Source of the DNA: Podarcis cretensis
Lineage: Eukaryota
Assembly (NCBI GenBank): GCA_951804945.1
Contig: OX638160.1
Location: forward strand, 31,496,001 to 31,560,000
DNA: 64,000 nucleotides
Direction of reading: 5' to 3'
Translations under genes and position numbers: made by a program
Shown: piece by piece, positions 1 to 11,845 of the stretch
Layout of the letters: the number at the start of each line of letters is the position of its first letter
Position numbering within the stretch: the first letter of the stretch is position 1
Notes under the pieces: generated by a model
The model's input: only the letters and a program-made list of their open reading frames with translations
What the model was told of the DNA's origin: nothing
Databases searched by the model: none

Positions 1-621
1 CATGCAGAGCAAGAATGGTTTGATCCAAGTATCTGGATCAAAATCGGCACTTGGCTATCCAGCCTTCTCAAGTAACACCTCCGTGTGCACAGACCATGTT
101 CTGGGTCTCTAAAACATCATTCTTATTTGAAACAAGCTAAGGACACCTCTGTGGCTGTATTTCTTTAAAAGTCAATGTGTACAGCCTAATACCAGAATAT
201 ATTGTGGGTGTTTCAGGTCGTTCGAAACTGTGGGCTAGGATGCATTTTATTCAAGTTTATTTGGGTTTTATGAATTGTTTTATACCATTAAAGAAGGAGT
301 GAGATCTATATTGTTAAATTCTACCATACAATTGCTTCACTTATTTAGAGCATGTCACTTACTTAAAGATACAATCCACTGGTTAAGTTCTCCTGTGCGA
401 TTCCGCAAGTGCAAGTTATCAAGAGTTTTGTGAACTTGTAAAATTCCCATTTCAATGCCGGTATATACAGAGAAGGGAAAGTCTCTTTGTCTTTACAAGT
501 TGCTAGAGAGAGATTAACCTGATAGAATGCTGATTCTACGGGGTGGTCTATGGAGCCTTTTTCTTTTGCAATCTCCATGCCCATGGAAGATTTCTTAGAT
601 TCATAAATATACTGTAACCTT

Positions 622-721
622 AAGGCTGCCTTCATCAACCTGATGTACTCCAGATGTTTTGGACAAGGACTCCCATCACTCCCAACCAGCACATCAATGT
701 GGGCTGGGGCTCTAGTCCAAA
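622..721. mobile_element. Truncated palindromic hAT MITE (URR1-like family)
   Basis: ctccagatgttttggac...actcccatc...tagtccaaaac motif shared with intact copies at 41649 and 58322. Confidence 0.55.
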
Positions 722-1290
722 ACTCTATGTGGAGCTACCTTGAAAATGGTCCAGAGGCTGCAGCCACTGCAGAACGCAGCTGCTAGGTTGGGAAGTGGAC
801 AGCCCCGATGGGACCATGTGACACCAGTCCTGAAAGTTCTGTACTGGCTGCCAGTGACCTAGTAGGCCCAATTCAGGGTGTTAGTACTAGCACATGAAAT
901 CTTGGAGGTGAGGCTGTGGTGGTGCTGCCACTGGGGGCCACCCAGTTAGTGCTGACCTGTGGCAGGGCCTTTTCAGCCGTGGTTCCCCAGTTGTAGAATG
1001 CCCTCCCCTAGTGTGGTGTGCCTGTCTCTAACATGATTAATTTTCAGGAGGAATATGAAAACATTCCTATTTACCAAGCATTTGGCTGAAGAATGCTGTT
1101 CCTGGCAACCTTAAGATCATTGGACAGGAGAATGTTTTTAACTGCTTTTAGAAAGTCCTGACCTGTAACTGCTTTCGGATACTTTTAACTGTAATTGCTT
1201 TTAGAATGTTTTAACTGTTTTAGAAAGTTTTTGCTGTGTCTCTGATGAAGGGGCGGCATATAAATTAATTCATTCAATAAATAAAACATC
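722..1290 (+). mobile_element. Degraded L2-clade LINE 3' fragment
   Basis: Similar to the L2 copy at 11200 (ctctatgtggagctacctt...gaccatgtgacaccagtcct...tactggctgccagt...gcagggccttt); ends in ggcggcatataaattaattcattcaataaataaaa; contains stops and deletions. Confidence 0.75.
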
Positions 1291-1960
1291 TGGAGAGGAC
1301 AAGATTGGCATGGGCAGCCTTCAGTTGTGGGAGGCATGCAAAAAAGAGGGAGATCATAGCAACACACTGTTAAATGGAACATTGTCCACTATAAATGAGA
1401 AGAGGGGTTGTGAGATTCAAGAGATTTTCCAGGTAATATAAGAAGGGAATGTAAAGATAAACTTTTCATTTAAATGAGAAATTGAGCTACTGAAGAACTA
1501 CAAATGGATTCTGAAATAGAAATAGTTTTCTTGCTGATGACAGTTATCACTTGGCTGCTCTCATATATTTCACAATGCTAGCATTGTCTTGATCCCCCAA
1601 TGCATATGGCTGCGGTAAACATCAGATACCACTGACCCCAAACAGTGTCTGGGTCACCAACCTGGAGCTGCATTGCATGACAGAATTAACTGTTTTTGCT
1701 GGCAAGATCCTTTATGCATGGTGAAGGAACTTGAGGGCAATCAAATAAGTAGAGTGGGTAGAATTCAGTGATAGAGCACATATGTTGTATGTGTCCTATG
1801 CCGGCCCCAGTTCTCTGGTTAAAGGGTCTCAGGTAACAGGTGTACGAAGCACTGAGTTACAAGATACGCATCTTTGCTCATTGGATACTTGAAGCAGGTG
1901 GGTATTTGGTGCTGAACTAGCAATTCCTAACATTCAGTTGAGAAACAATGGCCAATTAAA

Positions 1961-1993
<33 letters not shown>

Positions 1994-2006
1994 AATAATA
2001 ATAATA
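1961..2006 (+). repeat. Compound microsatellite (GAT)n(AAT)n
   Basis: Directly visible. Confidence 0.9.
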
Positions 2007-2049
2007 ATTTTTTAAAAAACTTCACATTTGTATACACTTCCAATTGATT

Positions 2050-2245
2050 CATGCACATTATGTGGTTTTCATCCTGACAATAACCCAGTAAAGTAAGTTA
2101 CTGTCACCTGTGTTGCAGGTGAGGGGACATAAGGCTGAGAATGGGTTGCCTAAGGCCACCTAATGCATTAACAGCAACAATGAGAATCAAACCAGAGAGA
2201 CTCCCTGATTTGTGGCCCAGTCTTGTAGTCATTATGCTCCACATT
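2050..2245 (-). mobile_element. MIR/CORE-like SINE remnant
   Basis: catcctgacaataaccc...gcaggtgaggggacataaggctgaga...gcctaaggccacc resembles the reverse-complement MIR-type core. Confidence 0.5.
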
Positions 2246-2374
2246 TCCACAAATGTCATAACTCAGAAAGCATTTATACCATATAACTGAAATGTGATTT
2301 TAAGAGAACTGAAAACGGTAACGTTGGAAGGTTTAACATTTATGTTAATTCATTCGTTATTGTTTCAAACATAC

Positions 2375-2556
2375 CTTCTTTTTCCTTAAGGGTATTTAAA
2401 TAGGAGAGGAGATTTTCATTAGCTTGCACACAATATACCTCCCGAACCTGAATCCCACCTCCACATAGAGCTGTTTGATTTCCTCGACGTTTATCCTGTT
2501 GGCTTAGTAAAGGGTCAATGCGACATTCTGTCCATTCTGTGGTTCTCCATCCATAC
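2375..2556 (-). CDS. THSD7A: THSD7A coding exon 4
   Basis: Manual translation (T)YGWRTTEWTECRIDPLLSQQDKRRGNQTALCGGGIQVREVYCVQANENLLSYLNTLKEKE. Acceptor gattcag|G, donor GAAG|gtatgt; 182 bp; in frame with exon 3 (AC|G = Thr). Not in the ORF track. Confidence 0.95.
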
Positions 2557-3205
2557 CTGAATCAAATAAATTGCCAATTGATAAAACTAGCAACTGAAAC
2601 GCACGATAAAGCAATCGGAGTTAACGTCATAAGCAAAGTGTCTTAACATTCTGGCTTTCGTTATCAGCAGGGAAGCAATCCAAAGGTTTATTTTTTTAAT
2701 TAGCTAAAATGGTTCAGATACAGACTACATTCGTTGAATTTAGGTCCCTTTAAAATCAGCAGTACAAGCTCGCCATGGCTTAGGTCCCACTGGTTTCAAT
2801 GGGAATGATGTTCATCTAAGTAAGGCTACAATCCTATACCGCTTACCTAGAGATCAAGGGGCATTAAGCCTATATACAATCCAGCATTCCAGGTTAGAGA
2901 GGAGTGCTTTATTTACACTAAATGACAGATAATTATTGAAAGAATGAATAGATTTATTTATGTATTACAACCGACAGGCAGATTGCTGCCTGAATGGAGG
3001 CAAAACGGAGTGCCTGGGTAAGCTGCCGCAACAATCTGAAGCTAAAACAATGCAATGAAAACACAAGGAAATCCAAGATAAACACGTATACATTGAAAAT
3101 GTTGCATGCAGGGAAGGGAATTAGAAACTTTCAGTTTCCCTTTGATAAGAAACAGAAAAGTTTATCATGCATAGCTATAGCTTTTGCTTCCTATTCACTT
3201 TTGCT

Positions 3206-3209
<4 letters not shown>

Positions 3210-3245
<36 letters not shown>
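3210..3245 (+). repeat. (TA)n microsatellite
   Basis: Directly visible. Confidence 0.95.
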
Positions 3246-3248
<3 letters not shown>

Positions 3249-4237
3249 TTCCTTCATTGTCAAGATGATGGCGGTTTCTCTGGAATGCTCAGGCCTCCCT
3301 GCTGAGCAATGATGAATGATCAGAAGCTGTGAGCTTTCCAATCAGCCCAGTGCACAGAGAAAAAAGATCTGTTACAGAGTTAAAAATCTCAATCAGCCTT
3401 ATGAAGTGAAAGAAATGTCACAAGACGCTCCACTCAACCAGCGCTTTAAGCAGATATCAAGGGAACCATTTCTACAGGCCACGGGAGATGGAGAATGATA
3501 TTTCTTTTCTTCCGAGAAGAATGACAATGCCCCACAATCAAAGACAGGAAAGCAAAATAACACAACATCAAAAATAGCTTTGCTAAGGCCGCAATCCTGT
3601 ACTATACACACTAACCAGGGAGTTTAAAGGGGCTTACTTCTGAGTAGGCATACATACTATTGCACTCCGCGACTCCTTCCCAGAAAATGAAAGAGAAGAT
3701 TAAACGTGGGAGGAGGGGAGGGAACCCAGACAGTTCCCTATGTTCATGTGCTAATATTAATCTCAATTAGAAGCTGCACATTAAAGAAATCGTTTGAATC
3801 TAAACTGCTTACTGCCATGTCTTCTGGGCTCTAAGCAGGACTAATTTATTTACTGCTACTTTTAGATCTTTCCCCTACTGACCAGTTGCTGAAGACATCA
3901 GGATGCTCAAGGAATATTTATCAGCCTTGCACACAGAACGGGTCTTTTATCCCTCTGTGTGTAGAATGCTTCAGAGACTGAGAATTTGCTGCGAAAAATA
4001 TTCTGTGGAAAATACTGCTCTTGTCCAGCAATTACGTTGATTTACTCCCAAAATGAAACTCTGGTGCCCATGGGCTCCTTCCATTACTATTTATTTATCT
4101 GAAATGTAACCCTGGGCTTCACACATCACCCCACTAATGCAAAATAGAGGGCCCCTGCAGCAGCTCCCAGGCTGCAAGAATAACGGGAGTCCCAGGCATA
4201 CCCATTGCTGAAGGTCTAGAGACATGTCAATACTTAC

Positions 4238-4486
4238 GTGATACACGGAGCCACCCCATCTCCTTGAGACGTGCACTGTTCCATTTCTTCAAGCTCTGGA
4301 CACTCGTTTTCACTGCCAATAGGAAACTGCTTAATGGTCCGTGTTCTTGTACGATTTCCTTTGGGGGATGTCAAATCAAAGCATGTTTTGGAACATGGAC
4401 TCCATTCAGACCATTCTGACACCTGGCATTCCTTAGTGATCACACAGGACTGGAAGGTAATTGGTAGCGTCTCTTGTTGGCAAAAG
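4238..4486 (-). CDS. THSD7A: THSD7A coding exon 3 (TSP1 repeat)
   Basis: (S)FCQQETLPITFQSCVITKECQVSEWSEWSPCSKTC...GDGVAPCI(T). Acceptor tttacag|C, donor ATCAC|gtaagta; 249 bp; continues the exon 2 frame (AG|C = Ser). Confidence 0.97.
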
Positions 4487-6337
4487 CTGTAAAAGAGCAT
4501 TAAGGTACTCAGAAAAATGTATGCATTTATTAATTTTTATGACTGCATGATACACACTGCACAATAAAATGTGCCTTCTTATACCCATATCTTCTGGGAA
4601 GTGATTTCTACTTCATGAAACAGACATTTCTGCACCTTGTTCTAGAAATTTAGATGGCCAAGAATTAGAGGAGAGGCTTCTTTAATCTGTTTGTAATAAG
4701 ATAACTAACTTGTTAATACTTTAGATTATTGATGCTGGATCCAATAAGAAAGATTGTATTAAGAGCCATATTAAATTATAGTAATGAGCAAGTCAGAATG
4801 TAGTTATTTCTGAAATTATAATTGCCAAGCTGATAATTAAAAGTGTGTGTATGTATAGTAACGTGCTTTAACTATGTATCTGTGGCAATTCATTTCCAAT
4901 TAAGAAACGTCATCTTAGTACACTGCCTAATTGATGTCAACAAATGGTTTACAATTCTATTAGCCTTTTATATGGGGCAGGGCTGATTAATATTCTCATT
5001 TGAAATCCTGTTAATTTTTACATCCATGGCATAAAATACTTGCAAGCAGTTTCATCCCTCATAGTTGACCTACTGCCAATATTCAGAGACATTAGGTCCC
5101 ATCTCTTCTAGAAGTGGATGGGTAGGCAAAACTTCTCCACCTTCTAGAAGAGGCACATTTCATGTTCAGCATGGGAGGAAGAAGGCCCCTGGTCAACAAC
5201 TGTCTGCAGCTGGGTGGAATCACAAGGGCAGGGCAGATCAGAAGCCATGTCACTTCCTGTATGCAGTCTGAAAGGAAGCCGAATTCGGGAAAGAGCCAAC
5301 ATTTAATTAATTCATTCATTAATTAGTTTTTGCTTATCCACCAGCCACTATGGAGGACATTTCTACTTTCCTTTCCTCAGGAAACTGGGTAGCTGCCAGT
5401 TGATGGAAAGGAATTGTACTAAATCTCTTGGCTGCCAAATGCAGCAGCCTAAGTCCTTTTTTTTTTTTTTTGCTTTCCTCTTAGAAAAAGTGTTCTTTCT
5501 TTATCTGCACATGGACCAGCTGATTAGATGATGGCTGCTGTCCTTTTCTTAACCCAATTATTGACTCCTGGGCACTTGGCAGAAATGACAGTGCAGAGGG
5601 GAAGCTAAGCAGAGAAAGGGCCTCCGATACCACTTCCCAAACTAGAGGGTGCTTAATGGGCTTGTGGGTCGGGGGAGCGGGGAGGAAGTGCCACCAAACC
5701 TAAGACCTGGGAAAGCTTCCCTTTGACAACACAGGGAAAGGGTATTGTGATAGGGCACAGAGGCCAGTATCCAATGGGGATTGCTTCTAGCCCCACCCCG
5801 GGTTGTTAGTTATTAGGTAGTGCAAGCAGTTCATGCTGTCCTTTGCCTTTAAATTGCTTTTCCTCTCACTGTTGCGCAACATATGGGCTGGGTCTCCTGT
5901 GTCATCCTTTCTCTCTCTCTCTTTCTTATTGGCTCTCCATTGCGGATGGTATTACACTTCAGTGTGATATGCTTAACTGACATTAAGGCCTATCACTAGA
6001 ACGGCACAAAATGTTAACTGTCAATCACTAGTCAAATGAGATTAATTTTTTAAGGGGGAAAAAGCACCCGTTATTGTTCCCTGCAGAAAAAAGTGGTGGT
6101 AATAGATACGCACAAATAGAGGCAACGATTTCTGACATATGAATAGTGCCAAATGAGCCTGCGTTCATCACACAAATATATTCCACAGTTCAGATAACCA
6201 ACAGCTGCTATGACAGCTTCCTCATGCAGCAAGGACTGCAGAAATCACTGTGAGTACACATACAGCCTCACCCTTATAGCTATATGTGAAGTCAATCGAT
6301 AATTCAGAGGCAAATGAAAAATTATTCTGGCATCTGA

Positions 6338-6797
6338 GACCACATCCACCCCATACATTTAAAGCACTATGATACCACTTTAAATGGACATGGCTTCCCT
6401 CAAAAGAATTCTGTGAGCAGTAGTTAAGGGTTCTGAGAATTGTTAGGAGACCCCTAGTCATCTCCCAGAATTACAATTCCCAGAGCTACAAACTATCATA
6501 CCCAAAATTCCTTTGGGTATCATAGTACAGTGGTACCTCGGTTTAAGAACAGCCCTGTTTACAAACTATTTGGTTTATGAACTCTGCAAAACCAGAAGTA
6601 GTGTCCCAGTTTGCGTACTTTACCTCGGTCTAAGAACAGAAGCCGAATGGTGGAAGGGCACCGGCGGTGGGAGGCCTCATTAGGGAAAGCATGCCTCGGT
6701 TTAAGAATGGCTTCGGTTTAAGAATGGACTTCCGGAACAGATTAAGTTTGTAAACTGAGGTACCACTGTACTTTAAATGTATGTTTTAAATGTGGTC
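6338..6797. mobile_element. Long-TIR non-autonomous DNA element (same family as 12448-12886), interrupted by a Tc1/mariner-type MITE
   Basis: Ends gaccacat.../...atgtggtc; tttaaagcactatgataccactttaaa...ggcttccc arm matches the 12448 copy. Confidence 0.65.
6528..6768. mobile_element. Tc1/mariner-pogo (Tigger-like) MITE
   Basis: TIRs cagtggtacctc / gaggtaccactg, flanked by TA on both sides. Confidence 0.9.
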
Positions 6798-6806
6798 TTT
6801 GAGGTT

Positions 6807-6944
6807 CAGCCTTCCACAACCTGGTGACCTCCAGAATTTTTAGGGTACAATTTTCATCACTGCTGACCATTGGCCATGCTTGATGGGGGCTGATGGGAAA
6901 TTTAGTCCAATAACATCTGGAGGGCACTAAGTTGAGGAACACTG
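6807..6944. mobile_element. Palindromic hAT MITE (URR1-like), diverged
   Basis: cagccttccacaacct...ctccaga / tctggag...agttgaggaacactg; 138 bp, close to the 136 bp of intact copies. Confidence 0.65.
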
Positions 6945-7003
6945 ATCTGGATTATGGGTCATTTGTCAGCTTTCATTGCCAGCAGATGCATCAGCCAGCC
7001 TGG

Positions 7004-7004
<1 letters not shown>

Positions 7005-7055
<51 letters not shown>

Positions 7056-7078
7056 TGTGTGTACACATATACATACAG
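7005..7078 (+). repeat. (TG)n microsatellite within an alternating purine-pyrimidine tract
   Basis: Directly visible. Confidence 0.95.
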
Positions 7079-7304
7079 AGAGAGAGATGAACTGATGAAC
7101 AATGGGTTAACAAAGTGAAAATGGAAAATGACGTGACACCTGAATCCAAGCACAGATGAAGCTGAAATGCTGTTGATTTTGAAGGAAGAAAGAGATGAAA
7201 GAAATTGCAGAGTTCCTGGGATTAATTTCCTAGAGAATAGTTAAGCGGAATCCAGGAAGAATGCATTACAATCACTAGGGAACCCATTCCTGTTTTATTA
7301 CAAG

Positions 7305-7829
7305 CAGTGCTTTTTTTATGGGGGTACGCAGCGGTACGCATACCCCTAAACATTTTGTGAATCTAAGTTTGGTCTCACTGACGGGCAGTATTTCAATATG
7401 AGTAGGGAAATGAGAGGGGACGCAGGTGGCGCTGTGGGTTAAAGCCTCAGCGCCTAGGACTTGCCAATCGAAAGGTCGGCGGTTCGAATCCCTGCGGCGG
7501 GGTGCGCTCCCGCTGCTTGGTCCCAGCGCCTGCCAACCTAGCAGTTCGAAAGCACCTCCGGGTGCAAGTAGATAAATAGGGACCGCTTACCAGCGGGAAG
7601 GTAAACGGCGTTTCCGTGTGCGGCTCTGGCTCGCCAGAGCAGCGATGTCACGCTGGCCACGTGACCCGGAAGTGTCTCAGGACAGCGCTGGCCCCTGGCC
7701 TCTTAAGTGAGATGGGCGCACAACCCCAGAGTCTGTCAAGACTGGCCCGTACGGGCAGGGGTACCTTTACCTTTACCTTAGGGAAATGAGAGTACCCTTA
7801 AACATTTTTTTTTTAGAAAAAAAGGACTG
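7305..7829. mobile_element. Short hAT MITE with 8-bp TSD, host to a Sauria SINE
   Basis: TIR cagtgcttttttt / aaaaaaaggactg; perfect TSD ATTACAAG at 7297-7304 and 7830-7837. Confidence 0.85.
7417..7778 (+). mobile_element. Full-length Sauria SINE
   Basis: 5' gggacgcaggtggcgctgtgg, B-box ggttcgaatcc, gcaagtagataaatagg core, (ACCTTT)n tail; TSD TAGGGAAATGAGAG at 7403-7416 and 7779-7792; CpG-rich, so probably young. Confidence 0.93.
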
Positions 7830-9734
7830 ATTACAAGCAACAGTATATACTGATGAAGGACACATATTGTCACATTTGTCAAAACTGCTGTTATTTAATA
7901 GGGGGGAAAACTTATTTACTACTATTTATTTACATAACAGCATTTCACACTGCTTATATGTTGATAAATATGTGTAAGAATAATGAATTGACACTCAAAA
8001 ACTTTTCTTAGAGCTGCAGTCCTTGACTAGGAAGTAAGCCCAATGGAAAAGTATGAGACTTATCCTGCGTAAACATTCACAGGGCTACATTTTACCCTTT
8101 TGCTTTTGAAGGTACTCAGACATGTAGCAATTAGAGCAAGGAGGTGAAAAATGCTTTATATGTATTGTCATGTTGACTGGCTGCAAACCTGGGCAGCATC
8201 TTGGTGTTAAGGAGGGAGAATGAACAGGTGCAAACTGTTTGCCCCACATATGTCATTTTTTACAATCTCCACTGCTGCCTAGCACCATATCCTTAGTATT
8301 TCCTGCCTGAAAAATTCCAGAATGAGGGCGGCTACTGTAAAAAGGCAGAGGATGTAGTTTCATGGGAACTTTTGCCATGCTATTCTCAAAGTTTGGGAAT
8401 GGTAAATGTCATTTCACCTTTTTAAAAATCCAGATTCTGCACTATTCTAGCAATGAACTGAAGAACCAGAATGACCTATAGATCAGTGCTTGCTGGGGGA
8501 AGGGAGACATTATGCGCAGGAATGCATAGCACAAGGCATAGCTGTACTTCATGCGGCGCTCACTTTAGAAAGTGTAAGCTTCCTAAATTGGCTCTAGATT
8601 CCCTACCAAGAAGTAAAATGCAAACATTAACTTCCAGCCTGCTTTTAGTAGTGGATGCAGCTTTTCACTTAACGTGAATACCATGGGGTGAATTGAGACA
8701 ACGATAATTGCCTAGGGAGAAATTGGAGCTGATGGCAAGTGTCAAATATCACCATCAGGTAAAAGGCTGCAAGAATTATAGCATGTTGTAGACAGATAAC
8801 CCAAGTCTGACTCTCAAAAACCAAAGTGAAACTTACAGTGCTGAGTTAGCGCAAAAGGTTCCCATTAACCAAACCATGTGCTTCAATAATATATTAATGG
8901 AAATAATGTATGAATAATACATTATTCCCATTAACCAAACCATGTGCTTCAAACCAATAAAGATACTAACATATATAATGGGAAAACTTGTACGGCAAGT
9001 CCAAACCATTTCATCCTGAGTTATGATGGATTACCATATGCAAAGGTGTCTGCATGGTGGTGACCACAGATATATATGCAAAAGTGTTAAAATGCTAATA
9101 TGAAAAGAAAAGTCTGTCCTAATAGAATTTTCCATTACTTGGTCTGCTTTCGGATGGCTAAATAGTATTAGAAACTACGTATACTGAGTGTTGTTCTGGA
9201 AATCCAACGTAAGGTCAAAGCAAGGGTAAGGGGTTTACATCATCAAGTAGTAGAAACCGGATAGAGGATGACCTAAAAAACATACTAAGAAAAGGTTTAT
9301 CAAAATATGTCTTCAGGGCAACAGTCATTGAATTATGGTCTCTTCTGTTTTGTGCTCTCCTGAAACCTATTAGGCTTCAGCTGCTTGTTTCAAAATACTG
9401 GTTTTTAGCCACGGTCAGACTGCTCTCTACAGCAAATACACATGTGTCAGGGCTGGTATTTAGTAGAAAATATCATTTGCCACATCTACATGCAATGCCT
9501 CTCCTTCCCTCTTCTGCTGAGCACCAAGAGAAGCCAGGGAATATGTGGAAGGAGACCATACTATGGACTTTCTCTAAGCCAGTGTTTATCCAGTTTCCCG
9601 GGGGCTGTTACAGCTGTATGGAGCTCTTTCAGGGTGGAATGGTGCTCCAAGCTGCTCCCACATAAGTGGTAACAAAAGGACCAGGCTTTTTTTTTAAAAA
9701 AAAAAAAAACAACAACCCTTCACTCTGTAGAGTA

Positions 9735-9960
9735 CAGTGGTACCTCAGGTTACATACGCTTCAGGTTACAGACACCTCTAACTCAGAAATAGTGCTTCAA
9801 GTTAAGAACTTTGCTTCAGGATGAGAACAGAAATCGGGCTCCGGCAGCGCGGCAGCAGGAGGAGGCCCCATTAGCTAAAGTGGTGCTTCAGGTTAAGAAC
9901 AGTTTCAGGTTAAGTATGGACCTCCGGAACAAATTAAGTACTTAACCTGAGGTACCACTG
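9735..9960. mobile_element. Tc1/mariner-pogo (Tigger-like) MITE
   Basis: TIRs cagtggtacctcaggtta / taacctgaggtaccactg, TA TSD, internal ttcaggtta subrepeats. Confidence 0.9.
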
Positions 9961-10879
9961 TACTCCCCTGGCTTAACTTCCCCTCACTCTCAACTGTACT
10001 GCCTTTTTATGCTGGAGCTTCTTGTCATTTTACCCTTTTTTGGCATTTCCCCAAATTACTTTTTATTCCCAGCACACTAGAACTGTTAACATTTATTTTC
10101 CCCTACTTGATTTCCCTTTTGATTACATACTGACTCCTCCATTGTTCTGGAATGAATAACGTAACTAAATTCAGCAGGGAGAATGCTGCCAACATAATCT
10201 CTGGGTACATGTCAGAAATGAAACAATTGAATGCTGAGTTGTTATTTCCAGCTTTAAAATGAAAGGGGGTGGGGAACCTACCTCCTACATACAAAGAGCA
10301 CAATAATTCCAGGTTAAATAAGTAACAGCAGCTTTCACATGCAAGACTGTTCGGCTGTAGACCATTAACTCTACATGATAAGGGGGTTCCACATTCCTGA
10401 GGGCTTGGGGGTTTCATATTCTGCAGCTGTCTAGGGAACTACACTACGCTGTTTATTCTTTTATTGTGGGCAGCATTTCTCTGCTTTAATTCTCCTCCTT
10501 TTAGTGTCCTATATAACCTGAGCATTCATAAACATGATTTTCATTTTCCATTGGAAATTATTTTGTTTCAAAAGAAAAAGGAAATAAAACGAATCTTTTT
10601 TTTTTCACTGAATGTAGTCCACAATGCATACGTTTGGTCATTCAAGAGTATCTGTATGCTTTAAAGAAAAAGAACAAGAAAAAAAAAACACAAACTTCCA
10701 TCTCTTTTGGCAGTAACCTGGTAATTTTAGTACAGGGTCCAGCACTACCAAGCAGGGGTCATGAAGCACAGCTGTATTCCCCAGCCTGTGCTCCTTTCAC
10801 AGCTCATAACTGGAATCCTGTACTGAAAGGTGTCCCATCTTAGAAGAAGCAAGATGGGGCCGGACAACACGGCTAGTTG

Positions 10880-11035
10880 TGGCTTAGTGCCGAAAACCAT
10901 GAGTGGAAGCCCACAAATTCCAAATTCCAGCTCTTCTCTCTGCCATAAACCTATTAGGCAAGTGACTCAGACTCTTGATGCAAATATGAAATATGGAGAT
11001 AATATTGGCCACCTTATGGGGTGGTTGTAAGATTT
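10880..11035 (+). mobile_element. MIR/CORE-like SINE remnant
   Basis: caaattccagctct...ggcaagtgact...aaatatggagataata...ccaccttatggggtggttgtaagatt. Confidence 0.45.
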
Positions 11036-11199
11036 ACACAGATAAAAAGTCCATAAAATGCTATGAACCTTCTAAGGCATTATATAAAAGCTACGTATTA
11101 AGAAATACAAGGGAGGCTCACAAAATTTGTGGGAAATTGTGGAGAGGGTGGTTAGGAGTTCTCCCCCCATGTAGGCCTCCAGGATGTCTCTATACACAT

Positions 11200-11845
11200 C
11201 TGGTGCGCAGGCTGAAACACTACCTGCCCGCAGACTGTCTCGCCAGAGTGGTGCATGCTCTAGTTATCTCCTGCTTGGATTACTGCAATGTGCTCTACGT
11301 GGAGCTACCTTTGAAAGTGACCCAGAAACTACAACTAATTCAGAATGTGGCAGCCAGACTGGTGACTGGGAGTGGCTGCCGAGACCATATTACACCAGTC
11401 CTTAAAGATCTATATTGGCTCCCAGTACGTTTCCAAGCACAATTCAAAGTGTTGGTGCTGACCTTTAAAGCCCTAAACGGCCTCGGCCCAGTATACCTGA
11501 AGGAGCGTCTCCACCCCCATCGTTCTGCCCAGACACTGAGGTCCAGTGCCGAGGGCCTTCTGGCAGTTCCCTCCCTGCAAGAAGGGAGGTTACAGGGAAC
11601 CAGGCAGAGGGCCTTCTCGGTAGGACCGCCCACCCTGTGGAACACCCTCGCATCACATGTCAAGGAAATAAACAACTATCTGACTTTTAGAAGACAGCTG
11701 AAGGCAGCCTTATTTAGGGAAGTTTTTATGTTTGAAGTTTTATTATGATTTTAGTGTTCTGTTGGGAGCCACCCAGAGTGGCTGGGGAAGTCCAGCCACA
11801 TGGACGGGGTATAAATAATAAAATAAATTATTATTATTATTATTT
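11200..11845 (+). mobile_element. 5'-truncated L2-clade LINE (ORF2 C-terminus, 3' UTR, (TTA)n tail)
   Basis: Translation VVHALVISCLDYCN...LQLIQNVAARLVTG...HITPVLKDLYWLPV...FKVLVLTFKALNGLGP..YL...RAFSV..PTLWNTL is the typical L2 ORF2 C-terminus; tail gggtataaataataaaataaattattattatt. Confidence 0.92.

Noticed and set aside
363-692. 109-aa ORF as a further THSD7A exon
   Set aside because: No TSP1 Trp/Cys pattern, and it begins within a MITE.
10993-11748. 251-aa ORF as an independent gene
   Set aside because: The C-terminal ~180 aa are L2 ORF2 and the N-terminal part is read-through from unrelated flank.
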